Part shown: in pieces, positions 29,291 to 35,700 of the stretch
Layout of the letters: every line of letters starts with the position of its first letter
Position numbering within the stretch: position 1 is the stretch's first letter
Origin: Gammaproteobacteria bacterium
Lineage (GTDB): Bacteria; Pseudomonadota; Gammaproteobacteria; CBDBNL01; JAAOII01
DNA: 64,000 nucleotides
Direction of reading: 5' to 3'
Assembly (NCBI GenBank): GCA_965207705.1
Contig: OZ242292.1
Location: 1,247,696-1,311,695, forward strand
Made by a program: the position numbers and the translations under genes
The notes under the pieces: generated by a model
Databases searched by the model: none
Told to the model about the DNA's origin: nothing
What the model saw: only the letters and a program-made list of their open reading frames with translations

Positions 29291-29371
29291 CCTGCGCTCC
29301 GCCCGCAAAACCTGCGCTCCGCCCGCAAAACCTGCGCTCCGCCCGCAAAACCTGCGCTCCGCCCGCAAAAC
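29272..29371 (+). repeat. Perfect tandem repeat, 5 x 20 nt (CTGCGCTCCGCCCGCAAAAC)
   Basis: Five identical units were counted at 29272, 29292, 29312, 29332 and 29352. The unit is the 3' arm of the REP-like hairpin. Confidence 0.95.
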
Positions 29372-29386
29372 CAGCGGCAGGTAATG

Positions 29387-29392
29387 TATAAT
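29387..29392 (+). promoter_or_regulatory. Consensus -10 hexamer TATAAT upstream of trpE
   Basis: TATAAT lies 31 nt upstream of the TTG start. The position where a -35 would sit falls in the last tandem-repeat unit (CGCAAA, a poor match). Confidence 0.3.
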
Positions 29393-29423
29393 AAAGCTTT
29401 ACATTTACAACATCGGCACTATT

Positions 29424-31061
29424 TTGCATACCAAAGAAAACTTTCTACGCTTGGCGGCTCAGGGACAAAGACGAATCCCTGTTACACGCTCGTTGTTTGC
29501 TGACCTCGACACTCCAGTTAGCACTTATATAAAGGTAGGCAATAAACCCTATAGTTATTTATTGGAATCCGTGCAAGGTGGAGAGAAATGGGGAAGATAC
29601 TCTTTTATTGGCTTGCCAGCAAAGCGGATAATCAAGGTTACTGGTTACCAAGTAAGTGAATTAGTGAGTGAATCTACGGACGTAACTTCTACTAGGGATT
29701 ATAATTATAGAGATTATAAAGAAACAACTAACACTAAGGTTGCTGACCCGCTTGATTATGTCTGGCAGCAATGTCAAGATAAAAGCATCCCTGCCTTTGC
29801 CGAGGGGATGGAACTATTGCCTCGTTTCTGTGGAGGGTTTGTTGGCTACTTCAGTTATGAATGCGCGGCTTATGCTGAAAAAAGGTTGCAGCATCTATTG
29901 GATAAACCCGACCCATTAGATTGTCCGCAAATTGTGCTGATGCAAAGCGACGAGGTTATCGCCTTTGATAATCTGCTCGGTAAAATAATGCTAATTTGTT
30001 ATGCTGAATTGCCGGGGCTATTATCGGATAAATTATCGGATGCTAGCCCCGCCAAGGGAGCCATGGAGTCGCCTCATTCATTAGATGCATCATATCAAAA
30101 AGCCCAACAACAACTTGATGCAATGGAGGAAGCATTAACTCGTCCTCTTGACACAACATCTGCAACGCATACTCTGCGAGCGCAGGTTGCTGCCAATGAT
30201 GATAATCTGCGCAATGCGCTATCGCAGGAATCTGCCGCCAAAGGTGACGGGTATCGCGCTAATGTGAGTCGCATCAAAGAATATATCCGCGCTGGCGATG
30301 CCATGCAAGTAGTTCCCTCGCAAAGAATGGAAATTGATTATCCGCACGATTCGTTTGATTTTTACCGCACTCTGCGCACGGTAAACCCTGCCCCTTATAT
30401 GTTCCATCTGGACTTGGATGATTTTTGTGTGGCGGGGGCTTCCCCCGAAATACTGGCTCGCTTAGAAGAAACTCCACAGGGTAGAATTGCCACTCTGCGC
30501 CCTATAGCGGGCACTCGTCCCAGAGGTAAAACTCCAGCAGAAGATAAAGCATTGGAACAAGAGTTGCTTGCCGACCCAAAGGAAGTTGCTGAACATGTTA
30601 TGTTGATTGATTTAGGGCGTAACGATGTTGGCAGGATAGCCAAGATAGGAACAGTGAAAGTATCCGATGAGTTTAGTATTGAAAAATATTCTCATGTAAT
30701 GCACATTGTCTCCAATGTTACTGGCGAGTTGCAAGATGAACTAAACCTTATGGATGTCCTGCGCGCCGCATTGCCAGCCGGCACTCTTAGCGGCGCCCCT
30801 AAAATTAGGGCAATGGAGATTATTGATGAGGTGGAGCCAGTCAAGCGCGGCATCTATGGCGGAGCATTGGGATACTTGGGCTGGCAGGGCAATATGGATT
30901 TGTGCATTGGAATCCGCACCGCAGTAATTAAGAATAACAAACTCTTCGTGCAGGCGGGAGGTGGCATAGTGGCGGACTCTGACCCAGATAAAGAATGGCA
31001 GGAAACCTTAAACAAGCGGGGCGCTATTTTGCGGGTGGCAGGAATGTTGGGGTTAAGTTAG
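29424..31061 (+). CDS. trpE: Anthranilate synthase component I
   Basis: The N-terminus ..ENFLRLAAQG.RRIPV...LFADLDTPVS.Y is TrpE-like. Chorismate-binding motifs are present (LRTVNPAPYMF, GTLSGAPKIRAMEIIDE, RGIYGGALGYL). A TTG start is inferred because no ATG is nearby. No trpG/trpD follows. Confidence 0.9.
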   Translation: MHTKENFLRLAAQGQRRIPVTRSLFADLDTPVSTYIKVGNKPYSYLLESVQGGEKWGRYSFIGLPAKRIIKVTGYQVSELVSESTDVTSTRDYNYRDYKETTNTKVADPLDYVWQQCQDKSIPAFAEGMELLPRFCGGFVGYFSYECAAYAEKRLQHLLDKPDPLDCPQIVLMQSDEVIAFDNLLGKIMLICYAELPGLLSDKLSDASPAKGAMESPHSLDASYQKAQQQLDAMEEALTRPLDTTSATHTLRAQVAANDDNLRNALSQESAAKGDGYRANVSRIKEYIRAGDAMQVVPSQRMEIDYPHDSFDFYRTLRTVNPAPYMFHLDLDDFCVAGASPEILARLEETPQGRIATLRPIAGTRPRGKTPAEDKALEQELLADPKEVAEHVMLIDLGRNDVGRIAKIGTVKVSDEFSIEKYSHVMHIVSNVTGELQDELNLMDVLRAALPAGTLSGAPKIRAMEIIDEVEPVKRGIYGGALGYLGWQGNMDLCIGIRTAVIKNNKLFVQAGGGIVADSDPDKEWQETLNKRGAILRVAGMLGLS

Positions 31062-31066
31062 TTTCA

Positions 31067-32524
31067 ATGCCTAAAATTGCTACCCCGAAAGCCGCCGTTA
31101 GCCCCTCATCCATTCCCTCTTCATCAATGATTCTTCCCAAAATTGATAAAAGCGAATATCATAAAATACTTAAGCTAATCAAAGGTGATAAACAATGTGT
31201 ACTGGTCTCTGGCAGCGCCGGCACTGGCAAGACCACCTTCATAGAATATTTATGTAGCGAGGAAGGGAAAAAGGACTTGCCAATCGCTAATTTAATGGGA
31301 GTGGTGGCTCCCACTGGCATCGCCGCCATGCAAGCGGGTGGCGCTACCATTCATTCCTTCTTTCAATTCCCGCCCGAAACTTATGATTACGAAAATAGCC
31401 GTTTTGCTGGCGGCGAAATTGTAGAAATACTTGACCATAAAAGAGACACGTTTCGCAAAATGGAACTGCTTATAATTGATGAAATTTCTATGGTGCGCGC
31501 CGACATAATGGATGCAATTGATAAAGCCATGCGGGTGAATCGCGGTATATTTGATTTACCGTTTGGCGGAGTCAAGCTGTTATTGATTGGTGATATATTT
31601 CAATTACAACCAGTAGTTACTGGTGATGACCGTGAATTCTTAGATGCGCGCTATCAGGATAGTGAGGGGATGTTCTTTTTTAACTCCTTGGCATTGCAGG
31701 GGTTGATGTCGCGGGGACGAATGGGGTTTGTGGAACTTGCAATCCCGCGGCGCTTTATCAATTTGGATGATAAGAAAGATAATTTTTATGATATGCTAAA
31801 TCGTATTCGCATGGGCGATACTACAGACCTGAATAAAATTAATCGGTGGCTCAATCGCCGCCAGCATTACGAGAAGTTGTTAGAAAATAATGCAGTGATG
31901 CTAACAGGCAGGCGCGATGTAGCTGCAAGAAGCAATAATACAAAATTGGCAGAGCTCAAAGGTGAATTGCATTCTTTTGAGGGGCTGGCAGAAGGTAAGT
32001 GCGAGAATTACAACGACAATAAATTACCAGCGCCGCGTAATTTAGAAGTAAAAAAAGGAGCGCAGGTTATTTTTGTGCGTAATGGTCCAGAAGGCGCTTG
32101 GCACAATGGCAGTTTGGCGCATATTGTGGACTTTCACCGTGATGAAGAAGGAACAGAGTATCTTGACGTTAAATTATTAGAAGATGACAGCCAAGTAACA
32201 GTGGAGCGTGAAACCTGGCGAGTTATGGACTATAAGTATAACAAAAAGAATGATGAGATTGAATCTGAAGAGGTTGGGAGTTACCAACAGTACCCGTTGA
32301 TGTTGGCATGGGCTATGACGATTCATCGCGCTCAGGGGAAAACCTTGTCACGCGCAGTTATAAACTTACATGGAGGCGCGTTTAGCGCTGGACAAGCTTA
32401 TGTGGCGCTTAGTCGTTGCCGTGAGGCAAAAGATGTAGGATTGGTCTCACCACTGCAATCAAGTGACATAATTTGCCATCCACAAGTTACTAATTTTTAT
32501 CACCAAATGCAAAGTTCTCTGTAG
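31067..32524 (+). CDS. pif1: Pif1-family (RecD-like SF1B) DNA helicase
   Basis: Motifs present: Walker A GSAGTGKTT, Ia APTGIAA, II LIIDEISMV, a Pif1-signature-like DKAMRVNRGIFDLPFGGVKLLLIGDIFQLQPV, V MTIHRAQGKT and VI AYVALSRCR. ATG 31067 lies 5 nt after the trpE stop; the track start at 30995 lies inside trpE. Confidence 0.85.
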   Translation: MPKIATPKAAVSPSSIPSSSMILPKIDKSEYHKILKLIKGDKQCVLVSGSAGTGKTTFIEYLCSEEGKKDLPIANLMGVVAPTGIAAMQAGGATIHSFFQFPPETYDYENSRFAGGEIVEILDHKRDTFRKMELLIIDEISMVRADIMDAIDKAMRVNRGIFDLPFGGVKLLLIGDIFQLQPVVTGDDREFLDARYQDSEGMFFFNSLALQGLMSRGRMGFVELAIPRRFINLDDKKDNFYDMLNRIRMGDTTDLNKINRWLNRRQHYEKLLENNAVMLTGRRDVAARSNNTKLAELKGELHSFEGLAEGKCENYNDNKLPAPRNLEVKKGAQVIFVRNGPEGAWHNGSLAHIVDFHRDEEGTEYLDVKLLEDDSQVTVERETWRVMDYKYNKKNDEIESEEVGSYQQYPLMLAWAMTIHRAQGKTLSRAVINLHGGAFSAGQAYVALSRCREAKDVGLVSPLQSSDIICHPQVTNFYHQMQSSL

Positions 32525-32617
32525 CCCCTTAGAGATACTCCCTTTATCCTTGTTACTTTGTGTGCATATAATCATAAATATTTAGAAGATTGGCATAAAT
32601 ATTAAGAAAAATAACAT

Positions 32618-32772
32618 AAATATGCAATATTAATGATATACTTCATATTACAGAGGGCGGGTGTTCACTCTAAAAAATGTGTATGTTGAATACTAGGCAG
32701 TAATATATTTGCTATAGTAATTCAACTAATGTTTATTATATAATTTAATCATGAATACAAATAACAATCTTT
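32618..32772 (+). promoter_or_regulatory. Conserved upstream leader of array paralog 1
   Basis: It contains AAATATGCAATATTAATG (32618-32635), then ATATACTTCATATTACAGAG..GTATGTTGAATA..TTGCTATAGTAATTCAACTAATGTTTATTATATAAT. The block recurs upstream of paralogs 2 and 3. TATAAT is at 32739-32744. Confidence 0.4.
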
Positions 32773-35700
32773 ATGAAAATTGCATATATGAAAAGTAGAT
32801 TAAAGAGTAGATTTATTATTATTTTCTTATCTCTGATCGCGGTGGGGTGTGCTGGATCAGAAAATAATAATGGAAGCGGTCAGTCCCCTACTCCCCTTAC
32901 CCCTACTCCCCTTACCCCTACTCCCCTTACATGCGCCGATAATCCCGATGTATGTTCGCCGCCCCATCTTACGGCTTTATACGGCGGCGGTGTGTTCTAC
33001 TTTAACGAAGCTACGGAGATTAACCAAACTGTCAACATTAGCGAAGGAGAGAAACAAACTTTCTATGCTATTATCCATGATTCCGATATTTTATCTGGCG
33101 AATCTATTAATGTTACCATCAATAGTACTATTAAATTAGATACTAATATTACAGATAGTTTATATGGCTATGTTTCTCCACCACTTAAGATGGATTCCGA
33201 GAGTATTCCATCCGCGCTTGAAAACTACACAAATGCTGAAGGATATGAGATTTTTATCTTTACCTTAGGAGAAGACCTTTTATTAGATGATAGAGTGGTC
33301 GGAGAACATAAGATTTTAGTTGTCTCTATTGATACCAAGGGATTGGAGGGTTCTTCTAAGATAGTAGTTGTGATTGAGAACGTCAATGATGCTCCCGTAA
33401 TATCCGCCCTGACTAGTTTAGATGGGGTTGTCTCAATAGGTGGAGATGTTTTTGAAGTATTTGAGGGAGGCGATAATGGGGCTATTAAAGTAATTGTAAA
33501 TGATGCGGATATACAACATGGAGACGTTGTTGGCTTGAATATTACTGACGCTAATCTGCCGACTGGAGTTATATCCATTGAAGCGAATAAATTATCCCAG
33601 CCCGATGTTGTAAATAATCAAGTAGAGTTTACAATCCATATTGCCTCTGAGCTTATGCAGGATACTGATATAGGTGAATATCCATTAGACCTTTTGGCTT
33701 ATGATGAACTTGGCGAAGCAAAAGATAAAAGGACCATTACTCTGAAAGTGAAAAACACCGATGATACAGGTAAAATCAACGATCCGGCAATTAGCGGTGG
33801 GGTTAGTAAGCTGGGTAGCGTGGATGGTAGCCCGGATACCTTCACAATTGATGAGAGGCAAAACGGGCAGATTAAAGTTGTAATCTCTGATGAGGATTTA
33901 ATCCACTCTTCGCAGCTTGAATATACAATAACCGGCGACCCTATTAGGGAAGGATTATTAAACATAACCAGAGTTGAATCCTTGTCTTCTGCTGAGGAAC
34001 ATATATTTCTCATTGATATCGGCAAGAGTGGCGGTCCGATTGATGATGCGGATATTGGAAATTACAACTTGAATCTGCGCATATTTGATGTTGGCGCAGA
34101 TAGGAGAGTAGACGCCCTTTATCCTTTTGTGTTGGAGATAAACAATGTGCCTGAACCGACTGCTATTATTAATGTGCAGGCGGGACAGGGAGCTGTAGCA
34201 GGAACAGGAGCCAATTATTTTGTGCTTAAAGAGGAAATTTTAGCATCCCTTGACATTATAGTTATGGATGAAGACCTTGTTAATCCGCTTGCTCAAGAGA
34301 ACATAACAATGGAAACTATACCTAGCGATTTACCGAATGACTTACTGCTTACTAAAAGTTTATATGTTACCCGTCCTAATACGGTTGGCGGAAATCAGGC
34401 AACGTTTACCCTGGAAATTGCTGCTCCACGCAACGAAGATGCGCGGGACGATAATTACACAATCCCCTTCATAATAAGCGGCGCAGGAGGCAGATCATTA
34501 GTGGGCGAGATTAGCATTAAAATTGAGAACGTAAATGATGCGCCTGTAATATCTGCCCTGACTCACTCAGGCGGAGTTAGCAGGGCAGCTCCCGCAGAGG
34601 AGAATACCTTTATAGTGTCCGAAGGCGGAGTTAATGGAGCTATTACAGTAACGGTTGAGGATCCTGATATACAGCATGGAGACATAGTCAGCTTAGAGAT
34701 AAGCAATGATGCGCTATTAGGTGACTCTGCATTTATTGATAAATATTTTTCAGTTGAAGAAAACATAACAGCGCCCAATCAAGTAGAGTTTACAATCCAT
34801 ATTGCCTCTGAGCTTATGCAGGATACTGATATAGGTGAGCATCATTTTCAATTGTCGGTTTACGATGATTTTGCCGGCTCTGCTACTCGCGACTTCATTG
34901 TTATAGTTGAAGACACCAATGACTTAACTACTATTTCTAATTTCGGTTGGACGGGTAATTTGACGAGCATTAGTCGGGCGCCGAACAACGGAGGAGACCT
35001 ATTTACAATTTATGAAGGACAAAGCGGACAAATTGAGTTCACATTTTCTGATGAGGATTTAGCCCTCACTCCGCTAGTTATATCTAACATAACAGGCGAC
35101 TCTATAGATTCGCAAATTATAAACGCTACTATTAGAACGAAACTATCATCGCCTGATGAAAGAATATTGACGATTAATATTGGAAACAACTCAAGCGGAA
35201 CTCAGAAAATTGATGATGCGCATATTGGTACTTATGAGCTTAGTTTAAATATTTCCAGTTCTGCTGGAGAAGTCGCCATTAGCTATCCATTCGCTTTACA
35301 GATTATTAATGTTGAGGAGCAACCGCGTATTATTAAAATATTGCCTAACTTTGGATTGAATAGCGGACCTATTGCCAATTCATTTATATTGACACAAAAT
35401 ATAGCGACATCTTTTATAATTGTGGTGGAGGATGAAGATTTTGCCAGTCCTCAAAACCAAGAAAATATTAGAATAGCTGCCTCTCATCCCACCGACTCTA
35501 ATTATCCATTTTTAACTCTGGTGTCTTATGAGAGTCCGCAGATTAATCTGCCAGACATAGCGGGAGGCAAGCGCGCCACCTTTATAGCCAAGATTGCCGC
35601 ACCGTCAAATGATTTTGTGGGCGAGCATACTCTATCCATAACTGCTATTGATTCTTCAGTCAGGACTGCGCATTTAAATTTAAATCTCACCGTTCTAAAT

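Noticed and set aside
29272-29371. Possible CRISPR array (regularly spaced GC-rich repeats)
   Set aside because: The 20-nt units are directly abutting with no spacers, which is too short for CRISPR repeats. No cas genes are present in the window. It is a simple tandem repeat derived from a REP-like hairpin arm.
29372-29423. trp leader peptide / attenuator upstream of trpE
   Set aside because: Only about 50 nt separate the tandem repeat from the TTG start. There is no small ORF with tandem Trp codons and no alternative hairpins.
29119-29429. Minus-strand ORFs of 69 and 83 aa (..AGFAGGAQVLRAERRFCGRS..), and the 63-aa plus-strand ORF at 13615-13806
   Set aside because: They are read straight through the REP-like element, the tandem repeat and the terminator/promoter region. 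Their repetitive peptides simply mirror the DNA repeat, and they have no RBS or coding signal.
32686-32744. A full -35/-10 promoter assignment within the conserved paralog leader (TTGAAT at 32686, TTGCTA at 32709, TATAAT at 32739)
   Set aside because: None of the -35-like hexamers sits 16-18 nt from a good -10. In AT-rich DNA such hexamers arise by chance, so only the conserved block and its TATAAT are reported, at low confidence.
32849-33139. Alternative-frame plus-strand ORFs at the 5' end of each array paralog (32849, 38854, 52064, 61156; M(L)DQ.IIMEAVSPLLPLPLLPL..)
   Set aside because: Their conservation is explained by the near-identical DNA of the overlapping lipoprotein leaders. They have low-complexity P/L-rich translations and no independent start or RBS evidence.
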